64,000 nt of DNA, taken from positions 1 to 64,000 of the forward strand of contig JAAZNF010000118.1 of NCBI GenBank assembly GCA_012798435.1. Reading direction: 5' to 3'. The stretch's first letter is position 1, and the number at the start of each line of letters is the position of its first letter. Below the pieces are notes generated by a model. It was given only the letters and a program-made list of their open reading frames with translations, did not search any database and was not told where the DNA came from. Below are positions 37,935 through 47,296 of this stretch, in pieces. The translations under genes and the position numbers were made by a program. Source of the DNA: Myxococcales bacterium. GTDB taxonomy: Bacteria > Myxococcota > B64-G9.

Positions 37935-38141
37935 ATGAGGATGCGCATCCGCTTCCAAGGGATCGAGATGTCCTTGCCAGCAGGTACCTGCCTGGACGCC
38001 CTGCTTGTGCGCCAGAACGCTCCCAGACCCGGCGAGGCGGTGTTTCTCAACTGCCGGCGCCTGGGGGCCGACGAGTGGCCGCGTACGATCCTTCGGGAGG
38101 GAGACGAGATCGAGACGGCCCCGCTCGTCGCTGGCGGATAA
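37935..38141 (+). CDS. MoaD/ThiS-family small protein (C-terminal GG), divergent from the ferredoxin-AOR pair.
   Basis: MRMRIRFQGIEMSLPAG...GDEIETAPLVAGG, from an internal Met of ORF 37326..38141. Confidence 0.6.
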   Translation: MRMRIRFQGIEMSLPAGTCLDALLVRQNAPRPGEAVFLNCRRLGADEWPRTILREGDEIETAPLVAGG

Positions 38142-38214
38142 GGCCGCGGTCTCCTTTCCCATTCGCGACAGACTCTGCTACTATTCTGGCATGCGCGGTC
38201 GCGCGGGAGGACCC

Positions 38215-40110
38215 ATGAGAGGAATCGCGCTTGCCCTGACCCTGGTGGTGGCTGGATTCATCCTAGCGACAGGCCCGGTGCGGGCCCAGGTCATCCTGGA
38301 TGTGACTCCCAACCACGCGGCGGCCGGGACCAATCCGCGCCTTACCATCACCGGCGACGCGGGGGTGGTGCTGGGCGCCGATGCCATGGTCCGTTTCTCG
38401 CCGGCCAGCGGCGTGACCTTCAACGAATGCTCCATTGAAGCGAGCAACGTGATCGAATGTTTCGCCATGATCCCCCAGAACACCGCGCCCGATGTGCAGG
38501 ATGTGTTTGTCACCTCTGGTGGCTTCACCTATGTGGGCGAGGACCTCTTCACCATCGATCCCTGCCAGGGGTGCGTCTTCCCGGTCATCACCAAGATCGA
38601 GCCCGCCGCCGGCGACCAGGGCCAGAGCCTGGATGTCAGTGTGACCGGTCAGGACACGCACTTCGCCTCGGGGTCGTCTCTCGCCTTCTCCGGCAGCGGC
38701 ATCACCGTCTCGAACGTGCAGGTCTCTTCCGCCACCCGGCTCTCGGCGCGCCTCACTATCGCCGCCGGCGCGGCCACGGGGAAACGCGACGTCACCGTGA
38801 CCACCGGCACCGAGACCGCCACCGGCGCGGGCCTCTTCGAGGTGCGAAAGCTCACCATCCCCCTCACCATCACCCCGGACCGGGCACCGCAAGGGGCCTC
38901 GCTGGCCCAGGTCTCCATCAGCGGTGGCGCCGGCGGCTACACCGCCCAGACGGCGGTGAGCCTGGGGAGCGGCGTCACCATCGGCTCCGTCCAGAGCCCC
39001 TCCGACACCCAGCTGGTGCTCTCCGACGTCGCGGTGAACGCGCAGGCCCCCATCGGCTGGCGCACGGTCACGGTGGGGTCGGCGTCGTACCCGCACCATT
39101 TCCTGGTGCAACCAGGGCCATCGACCCAGCTCGTGTCCATCACCCCGAACCACGCCGATCGCGGCCACCCGCGGCTGGCGGTGACGCTGGCCGGCCAGAA
39201 CGCCCGCTTCGACGCGGCGGCTCCGGCGATCTCCTCCTCCCCGGCCGGGTTGAGCGGGTTCTACTTCACCGCGGCCGGGCCCGACACGCTCAACTTCAAC
39301 CTGATAGTGTCGGGGGTCATGCCGGAGGGCATGACCGATGTGATCTATTCCTGCTGCTTGCCCGGGGACAATGTGGACTGCCCCAATCTCGTGCTGCACG
39401 GGGCATTCGAGGTCACCGCCCCGGCGGCGGTGACCCTGGTCGAACCCGCATTCCTCAACGTCGGGGCGCACCAGACGCTCGCCGTCACCGCCCCGGGCGG
39501 GGGCTTCGGGCAGGGCGAGACCGAGGCCTTCATCCAGCCGGAGAACGGAGTGACCGTCGAGCAGGTGGCGGTGACCGACAGCGATCATTTGACCCTCACC
39601 GTGACAGTCGACGACACGGTCAGCGGCGGAGCGCACTCCATCGTGGCGATCACCGGGACTGAGCTGGCCGTGGGCAAGGACGTGCTCGATATCTCCAACC
39701 CGCGCATCACCCGTGTGGCGCCGCGGGGTGCCTTCCCCGGCCGGAGCGTGAAGCTCACCGTGGAAGGGGAGAGCATCCCCTTCTCGGCGGCGACCACGGT
39801 CCAGATCTCGGGGGACGGGCTGACGCTGGGGACGGTGGAGTTCGACGCCGGCTATCCCAACCGGGTGCGACTGGACGTGACCGTGGCCGAGACGGCCACC
39901 CCCGGCAAGCGAGACCTCTCGGTCACGGCCGGCGCAGTGAGCGCCTCGGCCAGCGGGGCCTTCAGCGTGTACACGCCCGAGACCCCGGACACCGGTGGCG
40001 GGGGCTGCGGCTGCGGCGGCGCGGCCGGGGCCGGTGGCGGGTCAGTGCTGCTTTCGTTGGTGACCCTGATCGCCATCCGGCGCTTCAGGGGGTCTTCCCG
40101 CCCGCGATGA
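38215..40110 (+). CDS. Secreted protein with multiple IPT/TIG-like beta-sandwich repeats and a MYXO-CTERM tail.
   Basis: Signal peptide (MRGIALALTLVVAGFILATGPVRAQ). Repeated units of about 90 aa (ITPNHA..G..RL...G ... VTVTTG). C-terminus GGGCGCGGAAGAGGGSVLLSLVTLIAIRRFRGSSRPR. An alternative start is at 38191. Confidence 0.7.
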   Translation: MRGIALALTLVVAGFILATGPVRAQVILDVTPNHAAAGTNPRLTITGDAGVVLGADAMVRFSPASGVTFNECSIEASNVIECFAMIPQNTAPDVQDVFVTSGGFTYVGEDLFTIDPCQGCVFPVITKIEPAAGDQGQSLDVSVTGQDTHFASGSSLAFSGSGITVSNVQVSSATRLSARLTIAAGAATGKRDVTVTTGTETATGAGLFEVRKLTIPLTITPDRAPQGASLAQVSISGGAGGYTAQTAVSLGSGVTIGSVQSPSDTQLVLSDVAVNAQAPIGWRTVTVGSASYPHHFLVQPGPSTQLVSITPNHADRGHPRLAVTLAGQNARFDAAAPAISSSPAGLSGFYFTAAGPDTLNFNLIVSGVMPEGMTDVIYSCCLPGDNVDCPNLVLHGAFEVTAPAAVTLVEPAFLNVGAHQTLAVTAPGGGFGQGETEAFIQPENGVTVEQVAVTDSDHLTLTVTVDDTVSGGAHSIVAITGTELAVGKDVLDISNPRITRVAPRGAFPGRSVKLTVEGESIPFSAATTVQISGDGLTLGTVEFDAGYPNRVRLDVTVAETATPGKRDLSVTAGAVSASASGAFSVYTPETPDTGGGGCGCGGAAGAGGGSVLLSLVTLIAIRRFRGSSRPR

Positions 40111-41245
40111 GCGCGAGATCGGGGCGTACCACTGCCTCGGCTCGACGCCGGGCCAGGTAGCGCGCCACGCGATAGTAGTTCTCCTCGCCCTCCGCGGCCA
40201 GGTTGAGGTAGCTCTCCGGCACGTCGATGTCGATGGCGGGTCCCAGCTCGCGCCGCACCACCAGCCGTAGCTGGGCGTCCCCCAGAGCGCTGCCGATGAA
40301 TTCGAGATCGTGGACCGACAAGAACTGCCGGAAGGGCCAGGCCAGTACCCGCTTGCTGCGCATCGCCGCCCGGGCCAAACCCATGGCGATCACCGCGGGC
40401 AGGAAGTTGACCAGGCCCCGGATGAAGCGGCGCTTGCGGCGCGCCTGAGAGGTATAGCGCATGACGGCGCGGGCGATGGCCCACCAGTTGCGGGTGTGGA
40501 CGGAGCCGTCCTGGCGCAGCAACCAGCGGTGACCGTATACGTCCCCCAGCAGGCGATACAGGCTCGGATCGGCCAGCAAGGGGCGGACCAGGAAGAGGTT
40601 GTTGATGCGCACCGGGTGTCGTCGTAGGGGCAGAGCGCCCCACTTCCACTGCTCGAGGCCGGTCTCCTCGCCCAGGTCGCGCTGCATCCGGGTCAGCTCA
40701 CGGTGATCCAGCAGGCCGAGCCCGAGCGCCGCGTCCGGCGGAACCGCGGCGATGAAGTCGTCGATTTCCTGTGGATGGATGAACGGCAGATCCGAGGTGA
40801 GAACCAGGGCTGGCAGCTCTCGAAAGGCCGGCTGCGCCTTCTGCATCGCGCGCAGCTCGAGAGGATCGGGCGAGCTTGAGCGGGGGCAGGGCCCGCCGCG
40901 TCCGGGCAGAACGTGCTGGAAGAAGGCCCGGTAGGCGTTGGTGACGATGTCGTCGGCTTCGGGGACCAGGTGCAGACGCTCTCGTTCGCGAGTCAGAAGC
41001 GGCGCCAGGGCAACCGAGAGCGCCGGGACATCGCCCACCACGTACACGTGCCCGATCCTTGACGCACCCAGCGCCGCCCCGACCGCTCTCTGCACCAGCG
41101 GCTCTCCGCCGAGCTGTAAATATGGTTTGGCCGCGGGTCTGCCATCCAGCAGGAACCGGGTCGTGCCACGGGTGCCGGCCAGTACCACCGCGTCCAGGGT
41201 TTCCCCGACGCCGCTGTCTGGCCTTGCGGAGATCGGCCTTGACAT
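40085..41245 (-). CDS. Nucleotidyltransferase-family protein (MobA-like NTP-transferase N-domain) with a long C-terminal extension.
   Basis: The N-terminal VVLAGTRGTTRF...LQLGGEPLV resembles the MobA-like fold (AGGxGxRxG ... LGG.PLL). 386 aa. The 3' end overlaps the convergent IPT gene by about 26 bp. Confidence 0.5.
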   Translation of the reverse strand: MSRPISARPDSGVGETLDAVVLAGTRGTTRFLLDGRPAAKPYLQLGGEPLVQRAVGAALGASRIGHVYVVGDVPALSVALAPLLTRERERLHLVPEADDIVTNAYRAFFQHVLPGRGGPCPRSSSPDPLELRAMQKAQPAFRELPALVLTSDLPFIHPQEIDDFIAAVPPDAALGLGLLDHRELTRMQRDLGEETGLEQWKWGALPLRRHPVRINNLFLVRPLLADPSLYRLLGDVYGHRWLLRQDGSVHTRNWWAIARAVMRYTSQARRKRRFIRGLVNFLPAVIAMGLARAAMRSKRVLAWPFRQFLSVHDLEFIGSALGDAQLRLVVRRELGPAIDIDVPESYLNLAAEGEENYYRVARYLARRRAEAVVRPDLALIAGGKTP

Positions 41246-41352
41246 CCTTCCTCCCGGGGCACACGATCCCGTCGCGCGCTTGTCCTCCCCCTACCAGAAT
41301 CCGCGGGGGCTGGCAAGGGCGCGACGCAGGTTGGGGAGGCGAGGAGAAGACG

Positions 41353-41550
41353 ATGTCCGTGACCGGCCAGGCCATCCTCATGACCCTGTTCATGGCATAC
41401 TCGATCGGGTTCTTGTTCTTCATCGCGCGCGCCTCGGCGCGGCACGCTCCAGAAGCGGCACCGAAAAAACACACCCGCCTCGTCACCGGCGTGCTGGTGC
41501 TGGGCCTGCCGCTGTGCCTGCTGGTGTTGCTGGCCGGGCTGTTGCAGTAG
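41353..41550 (+). CDS. Small membrane protein (65 aa, 2 TM).
   Basis: Internal Met of ORF 41059..41550 preceded by GAGGAGAAGA 3 nt upstream. Hydrophobic segments (AILMTLFMAYSIGFLFFIA; LVTGVLVLGLPLCLLVLLAGLL). Confidence 0.4.
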   Translation: MSVTGQAILMTLFMAYSIGFLFFIARASARHAPEAAPKKHTRLVTGVLVLGLPLCLLVLLAGLLQ

Positions 41551-41612
41551 CGCCCGGACCATCCCCCCGTCTCCCTCCACGCAGCGGCGCTCGCTTGGTC
41601 ACATTTGCAGGT

Positions 41613-41740
41613 GTAGCCTCCGCCCGACCTTTGCCGTCAAGGGTTTTCAATCGCTTCGCGACTCGCTGCGCTCGCCCTTGACGGTGGTCGGGCTTCGGCT
41701 GAAATCGCTACCATGAAGAGCATGCGGTCATGCTCTTCCT
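41613..41740 (+). repeat. Copy D of the dispersed structured repeat.
   Basis: GTAGCCTCCGCCCGACCTTTGCCGTCAAGGG ... CCCTTGACGGTGGTCGGGCTTCGGCTGAAATCGCTAccatGAAGAGCATGcggtCATGCTCTTC. Confidence 0.7.
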
Positions 41741-41774
41741 CCATGAGGAAGATGAGATGATCCGGCTTGAGAGA

Positions 41775-41808
41775 CTGGCCGCGATGCCGTCAGAGCAAGC
41801 GCGGCCAG
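41775..41808. terminator. GC-rich hairpin between convergent genes (CTGGCCGCG-N16-CGCGGCCAG). Possible bidirectional terminator, with no U-tract.
   Basis: Perfect 9-bp inverted repeat about 35 bp after repeat D and about 220 bp beyond the stop of the LTD gene. Confidence 0.2.
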
Positions 41809-42028
41809 CCGCATTCTGCCTCACCCCCAGGTCTTGATCTCTTCATCCTTATCCCCTCGCTCCACTGTGGGGAGGGGGTCAGGGGGTGAGGTGCAACAAA
41901 GGGGGATGGTTTGATAGCCAGCGCGAACGGCGAAGGGGAGGTGTAGGCGCTCCCTGGGGAGACGCCCGCTCGCGGCATTCAGGGGTCAGGAGAGGGGCAG
42001 ACGGGGAGGAGGGAACGGGGTGCTGGCC

Positions 42029-44926
42029 TCAGGCCGAGCGGCGCCGGCGCAGGCCGGCGAGCGCGCCGAGGAGCAAGCCGAGCGAGGCCAGGGACGCCGG
42101 CCCGCCACCGAAGGAGCAGCCGCAGCCGCCGCCGTCGCCCGAGCCGCAGTCGGGATCCTGCTTGTCGGTGAACCCGTCGCAGTCGTTGTCCAGGTTGTCG
42201 TTGCAGGTGAGCTCGCGCGCCTCGGGCGGTTGCTTGGGCACGCACTGCTGGGGCACGCCCTCCTTGCACTTCTCGACCTCGTTGCGGCACTCGCCCACGC
42301 CACAGGTGTAGTTGCCGGCAAAGTCCTCGTCGGTGGAGCCGTCGCAGTCGTCGTCGATGGCGTTGCACAACTCCTGCTTGCCGCCGGTGGGCGACTCGTC
42401 GCACACGATGCCGTTGCCGGCCCCGTTGCACACGTAGTGCCCCTCGGCGCAGCTGTCCTCGTCGGAACCGTCGCAGGCCTGGCCCTTGTCCGGCCAGTCC
42501 TCGTCGATCAAGGTGTCGCAGTCATCGTCTTGGGAGTTGCAGATCTCTTCCTTGTGGACGGTCTCCTGGCACTCGACGCCGCTGTGATCGGCCTTGCACA
42601 CGTTGGCACCGTTCGCGCACAGATCGGTGTCGTCGCCGTCGCAAGATACGCCGACCGGGAAGCCCTCGTCGATCACGGGCGGGGTGTCGCAGTCGTTGTC
42701 CACCCCGTCGCATATCTCCGAAGCGCCGGGGTGAGTGAGCGGGTCAGCATCGTCGCAGTCGGTTCCACCGCAGGCGTGGTCGGCGAACTGGTCGTTGTCG
42801 CCGTCCTGGCAGGTGTTGTCGCACACGCCGTTCACGCACAGGTACCCTGGGTCGCACACGTGGCCGCAGGAGCCGCAGTTGCTGCGATCGCCCTGGATGT
42901 TCGTCTCGCAGCCGGCGGTGTTCGCGTCGCAGTCGTCCCATCCCGTTTCGCAGGCGCCCATCACGCAGGCGTTGTTCTGGCAGGTGCCGGCGGCGTGCGG
43001 GAACTGGGTGGTGCAGTCGTCGCCACAGGAGGCGCAGTTGGAGTCGGTGCCGAGCTGGGCCTCGCAGCCGTCGGCGGCGGTGGTATTGCAGTCGTACCAG
43101 TTGGCCTCGCAGGCGCCGGAGGCGATCACGCACTGGCCGGCCTGGCAGGTCTGGGTAGTGACGTGGGGGAGGTTGCACACCGTGCCGCAGGCGCCACAGT
43201 TTTGCGGGTCGGTCTGGGTGTTGGCGCCCTCGTCGGTGGCGCCGTCACAGTTGTCGTCCACTCCGTCGCAGTGGGTGTCGGCGGGGCCGGGGAGCACCTG
43301 GCCGTCGCAGGGCCCCCAGGATGTGCCGTCGCAGGTCTGGGTGCCGGCCTTGCAGGGCAGGTGCTGGTCGGTCCCGGCCGGGCCGTCGTAGCAGGGGCGG
43401 GTTTCACCGGCCGTACCGCACAGGCCGTTGATGTCGTTGAGCGAACGCGGGAACACCTGGTAGCCGTTGTTGGGCGGGGTGTCGGTGGAGTACTGCGCCA
43501 CCACCCCGACCAGCCCGATGGGCCAGGTGGGCTCGGGCGAGCCGTCGATGTTGGTGTCGGCGTCGATGCGCATGAGGAGCTTGCTCACCCCGGCGTCATC
43601 GGTGATCTCGATGTTGGCGTTGCGGGTGGCGGTGGGCCAGGTGTCGGGCGTCGAGGGCGTGGTGGTTGGGCTTACGCCGGTGATGCCGACCAGCACGCCT
43701 TCCAGCACCTCGGCGTTGGCCAGGATATCGGCCACGGTGTGGATCTCGGGCACCACCGGTTGGTTCTGGGCGATGCGCACGTACTTGATGCTGGTGATCT
43801 CGAACTTGCCGTTGTACTGCAACGGCTTTCCGGCCACGCGCAGCTCGTCGCCGAGCTGCATGGAGCTGGTCTGGCCGGCGGCGAAGATGAAGATGCCGGA
43901 GGTGGCGTCCTGGATGGCCACCTCGCCGTTGGTGAAGGTGTTGGGCGCAGAGACGACACCCTGCACGGTGAAGATGGCGTTCGGCGTGTTGTCCAGGATG
44001 TCCGGGACGAAGTTGCTGTTGCCGTCGGTGCGGGCCCACAGCATGGGCACGATCCCGAAGTAGAGCTGGATGCTGGTGTTGCTGGGCTGGCCGGCCAGGT
44101 CCTTGACCCCGACCGCGGTGAGCGTGGTCAGGCTCTGGGCGGCGATGCCGGAGATGCCGGTCAGGTGGACCAGGGTGTTGTCGGTGCCGTCGAGGGCGGC
44201 GGTGGTGGGGTGCACGTCGCTGCCGGCGTTGAGGGTGTAGTTGGCGGCCGTCTCGGCCGAGGCGGCTTCCAGCGCGGTGCCGAACCACACGTCCACCGCG
44301 TCGTTGCCGGCGGCCATGACGTGCACGATCTCCGGCCCGAACACCTGGTTGGAGTACACCGAGTTCTGGGCCCGGGGGGTTCCCCGGATGGCGTTGTTGG
44401 CGGAGTCGTGTCCGTTGATGGTCACGCCGTCGTTGGTGCCCCAGTTGGCCGAGTTGTTGCCGGGGAGCTGCGGGTTGCGCCGCTCCATGGTGGCCTTGCT
44501 GCCGGTCGTGGCCGAGCCCGCGTACCAGCCGACGGTGTTGCAGGACACCAGGTCGATGTCGTTGTTGGCGGCATCCTTGAGGACCAGGTCGTCGCCGGTG
44601 TTGGCGAAGGAGATGGTGGTTGCCAGGATATCGGCAGCGATGTCGTTCACCACCGTTTCCGCCTTTTCCACCAGGAAATACCCGTTCGCCGGGATCGTCC
44701 CGGACAGGGTATAGGTGGTGCTCACGTCATCGATGATGGTCCAGCCCGTCAGGTCGATGTCGGAGGCGGTGTTGTTGAGGAGTTCCAGCCATTCGTCGGT
44801 GCCGCTGGCCTCGGTGCCGCCCCAGGCCACCTCGTTGATCACTACATCCAGCGGGTTCGCCGCCAGCGCCGGGGCCGTGAGCGCCAGGGCCATCACCAAT
44901 CCCAGAATCGCCGCTCTCATGTGCAT
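42029..44926 (-). CDS. Secreted lamin-tail-domain (LTD) protein with C-terminal Cys-rich putative metal-binding repeats and a MYXO-CTERM tail.
   Basis: Signal peptide. LTD signature (NEVAWGGTEASGTDEWLELLNN...GWTI.DD). Many CDG.DNDCDG / C..G.C units. C-terminus DGGGCGCSFGGGPASLASLGLLLGALAGLRRRRSA. The antisense shadow ORF 42020..45250 is rejected. Confidence 0.8.
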   Translation of the reverse strand: MHMRAAILGLVMALALTAPALAANPLDVVINEVAWGGTEASGTDEWLELLNNTASDIDLTGWTIIDDVSTTYTLSGTIPANGYFLVEKAETVVNDIAADILATTISFANTGDDLVLKDAANNDIDLVSCNTVGWYAGSATTGSKATMERRNPQLPGNNSANWGTNDGVTINGHDSANNAIRGTPRAQNSVYSNQVFGPEIVHVMAAGNDAVDVWFGTALEAASAETAANYTLNAGSDVHPTTAALDGTDNTLVHLTGISGIAAQSLTTLTAVGVKDLAGQPSNTSIQLYFGIVPMLWARTDGNSNFVPDILDNTPNAIFTVQGVVSAPNTFTNGEVAIQDATSGIFIFAAGQTSSMQLGDELRVAGKPLQYNGKFEITSIKYVRIAQNQPVVPEIHTVADILANAEVLEGVLVGITGVSPTTTPSTPDTWPTATRNANIEITDDAGVSKLLMRIDADTNIDGSPEPTWPIGLVGVVAQYSTDTPPNNGYQVFPRSLNDINGLCGTAGETRPCYDGPAGTDQHLPCKAGTQTCDGTSWGPCDGQVLPGPADTHCDGVDDNCDGATDEGANTQTDPQNCGACGTVCNLPHVTTQTCQAGQCVIASGACEANWYDCNTTAADGCEAQLGTDSNCASCGDDCTTQFPHAAGTCQNNACVMGACETGWDDCDANTAGCETNIQGDRSNCGSCGHVCDPGYLCVNGVCDNTCQDGDNDQFADHACGGTDCDDADPLTHPGASEICDGVDNDCDTPPVIDEGFPVGVSCDGDDTDLCANGANVCKADHSGVECQETVHKEEICNSQDDDCDTLIDEDWPDKGQACDGSDEDSCAEGHYVCNGAGNGIVCDESPTGGKQELCNAIDDDCDGSTDEDFAGNYTCGVGECRNEVEKCKEGVPQQCVPKQPPEARELTCNDNLDNDCDGFTDKQDPDCGSGDGGGCGCSFGGGPASLASLGLLLGALAGLRRRRSA

Positions 44927-44999
44927 CTCCTTTCGCCCGAAGGCAAGAATGAGCTTGGGGTCGCAGCCGGAGCCATTATGCGAGGCGGTTTTATCGCCG

Positions 45000-46370
45000 T
45001 CAAGGCTCGCCGAAGAGGCGCCGCACCCGCTCCGCCCAGCGGTCCAGGTTTACCGGATCGCGCGGGTGGCCCGCGTAGAGGGCCTGGGCGGCCGCCATGC
45101 GCCCAAGGTGCGGGGCGAGTCGCAGGGCGAGCGCGGGTGCGCGCAGCAGGCCGACGCCCAACGTGGGCAGGCGCACGTCGCGCAGCGTGGGGACGCGGTG
45201 CGCAAGAGAGGCTCGCAGGGCGCCCTCGGACACCATCCCGGCGCGGATGACTCCTTCCACCTCGGCACCGGAGAGGGACTGCGTCATGCGGCAGAAGGCG
45301 TCGGCGGCCGCCAGCGTCCCGCCATGCTCGCGCTGGAACGACTCCTGGTAGGCCCAGGCGGCGGCAAGACTCCCCGGGTCGTCGTGGGCGCGGACCGCGC
45401 CGGCCAGCGTCTTTCCCGAGAGCAGGCCATATCCCACGCCACTGCCGTGGGCCGCGAACACCATCGAGGCCGCGTCGCCGATCAGGGCGACGCCCTCCGC
45501 GGCGATGCGCTCGAACGGCCGGCGCAACGGGATGACGCCCGCGCCGCCGAAGAGTCGCTCGCCGAGCCAGCGGTTCTTCTCGACGAAGGCCGTCAGGTGC
45601 TCGGTGGGCGACCGGTGCTGTCCGCCCGCCACCGTCCCGCACAGCAGGGCGGCCCGCTCGGTCGCCTCGTCGATGGTCAGGGTGAGCACCGAGAAGCCGC
45701 CGTCGATGCCGGTCCAGGACAGGGTCTCCCCGGGCCGGCAACCAGACTCCTCCATGAATCGCGCCGCGCCCTTCCGGTCCGAGATGATTCGAACCTCCTG
45801 CTGGGCCTGGCACAGCCGGTCGCCGACGGGGGTGGGGCAGAAGCGTTGCAGAGCCGGGATGTGGCGGCGCAAGGCGCCGGCGAGCCCGCTCGCGTCCACG
45901 AACAGCCGGGCGCGAAAGGTGTGAGCCCTCTCTCCGCCTCGCCGATCGGTCGTGTGCGCCGTCAGGGCCACCGGCCGATCGGCCTCGAAAGAAAGCTCGC
46001 TGGCGCGGCAACGATCGACCAGCCGCGCCCCGGCCGCCACGGCCTCGTCCTGCAGGCGGCGCACCAGGAGCCGCATGTCGCAGAACAGGAGCGGATTCTC
46101 GGGCAACACCACCCGGAACCCGCCGCTCGGGCCGAGCACGGAGAACGGCCCCGGGCCGAAGGTGCGTTCGTCCCCCTGCGGCAGGGCCACGCCGGCCGCC
46201 TCGAACATCCAGGCGGGCACGCCGTTCACCCAACGAGCGCCCGCCTGATCCCGCGCGCGCTCTTCGAGGAGCGCCACCCTGCGGCCGTCCCGGGCCAGAC
46301 AGGCCGCGGCGAAGGCGCCGGCGCTGCCGCCGCCCACCACCACCACGTCGAAGGACATCTGGCGAGGCAT
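45000..46370 (-). CDS. FAD-dependent oxidoreductase (geranylgeranyl-reductase / flavin-monooxygenase-like family).
   Basis: N-terminal dinucleotide-binding motif (FDVVVVGGGSAGAFAAACLARDGRRVALLE). Confidence 0.65.
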   Translation of the reverse strand: MPRQMSFDVVVVGGGSAGAFAAACLARDGRRVALLEERARDQAGARWVNGVPAWMFEAAGVALPQGDERTFGPGPFSVLGPSGGFRVVLPENPLLFCDMRLLVRRLQDEAVAAGARLVDRCRASELSFEADRPVALTAHTTDRRGGERAHTFRARLFVDASGLAGALRRHIPALQRFCPTPVGDRLCQAQQEVRIISDRKGAARFMEESGCRPGETLSWTGIDGGFSVLTLTIDEATERAALLCGTVAGGQHRSPTEHLTAFVEKNRWLGERLFGGAGVIPLRRPFERIAAEGVALIGDAASMVFAAHGSGVGYGLLSGKTLAGAVRAHDDPGSLAAAWAYQESFQREHGGTLAAADAFCRMTQSLSGAEVEGVIRAGMVSEGALRASLAHRVPTLRDVRLPTLGVGLLRAPALALRLAPHLGRMAAAQALYAGHPRDPVNLDRWAERVRRLFGEP

Positions 46371-46452
46371 GACGCTCTTCTACCGCGAGCTTCCCGGGTG
46401 ATTCAAGGCCGAGCCCAACCAGCTCCGGGATCCATAGAGAATGCCTACAAGC

Positions 46453-46938
46453 CTATTCGTGAGAGTGGCCGTCCGAAAGCAGCACCCGCCAGATAAACTC
46501 GACCGCTTGCGGGATGGCCGCGGCCACCGCCGGGGTGCACTCCTCGGAGAAGGTGTAGGGGTCGCACACTCCGATGGCGAACACCCGCACCTCCTCGGGC
46601 ATGGAAAGCTCCATGCGCCTTCCCAGCTCCAGGCAGGTCATGAGCCCCGCGTTGTGGAGCGTGAGCGGCACGCAGGATGAGCCCAGCTCGGCCAGTGGCA
46701 CCTCGCGCACCTGGCCTGGTGGCAGACGCCCCGGCTCCAGCGAGTCCACGATCACTACCCGGCGGAAGCCCTCCAGCTCGTGCAGCAGCTCGACCCCGCC
46801 CACGCAGGCCTCGCGCAAGACGGCCGTCCCCGCCGGCAGGCGCGAGAAGAGCTCGCGGGCGACGAGGTGCCCCACCCGGTCGTCCGAGAGGATCGGGTTG
46901 CCCAGCCCCAGGATCAGAAGCTCGCCCGTGTATGTCAT
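46453..46938 (-). CDS. [NiFe]-hydrogenase maturation endopeptidase (HycI/HybD/HyaD family).
   Basis: Start at MTYTGELLILGLGNPILSDDRVG (Met104 of ORF 46453..47247). The upstream part of that ORF runs through repeat E and is rejected. Alternative ATG starts at 46962 and 46965. Confidence 0.8.
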   Translation of the reverse strand: MTYTGELLILGLGNPILSDDRVGHLVARELFSRLPAGTAVLREACVGGVELLHELEGFRRVVIVDSLEPGRLPPGQVREVPLAELGSSCVPLTLHNAGLMTCLELGRRMELSMPEEVRVFAIGVCDPYTFSEECTPAVAAAIPQAVEFIWRVLLSDGHSHE

Positions 46939-46963
46939 TCGGCTGCCATCTTTGATGCTCATC

Positions 46964-47108
46964 ATAGCCTCCGCTCGGCCTGTACCGTCAAGGGTCTGCG
47001 CGGGCTTCGCCCGCTCCGATCGCTTCGCGACTCGCTCTGCTCGCCCTTGACGGCGGCCGAGCTGCGGCTGGTTGGCTGTCATGAGGGGAAAGGAGCCTTT
47101 CCCCTCCA
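46964..47108 (+). repeat. Copy E of the dispersed structured repeat, located inside the hydrogenase operon between mvhA and the maturation protease.
   Basis: ATAGCCTCCGCTCGGCCTGTACCGTCAAGGG ... CCCTTGACGGCGGCCGAGCTGCGGCTggttggctgtcatGAGGGGAAAGGagCCTTTCCCCTC. Contains an extra GC-rich mini-hairpin (GCGGGCTTCGCCCGC). Confidence 0.7.
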
Positions 47109-47296
47109 CTTTGTCGGGGAAGTCGCAACAGGATGGCTCGGAGAGAATCCCTCCGTAACCAGCTCCCGTCAGCGTGGCTGTCGGTGGACTGGATGCCGGT
47201 TGTTTGCAAAAAGGAATCCGCGAACAGGGCATCTCCATTGGAGGCATACAAGACGAACATCCGAAGAAGGAAAAAACGGAAAAAGCCGAAGCCGGC

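Noticed and set aside
41775-41808. Hairpin after repeat D as a Rho-independent terminator.
   Set aside because: It was kept only as a very low-confidence feature. The stem is perfect, but there is no downstream T-tract on either strand, and high-GC genomes rarely use canonical intrinsic terminators.
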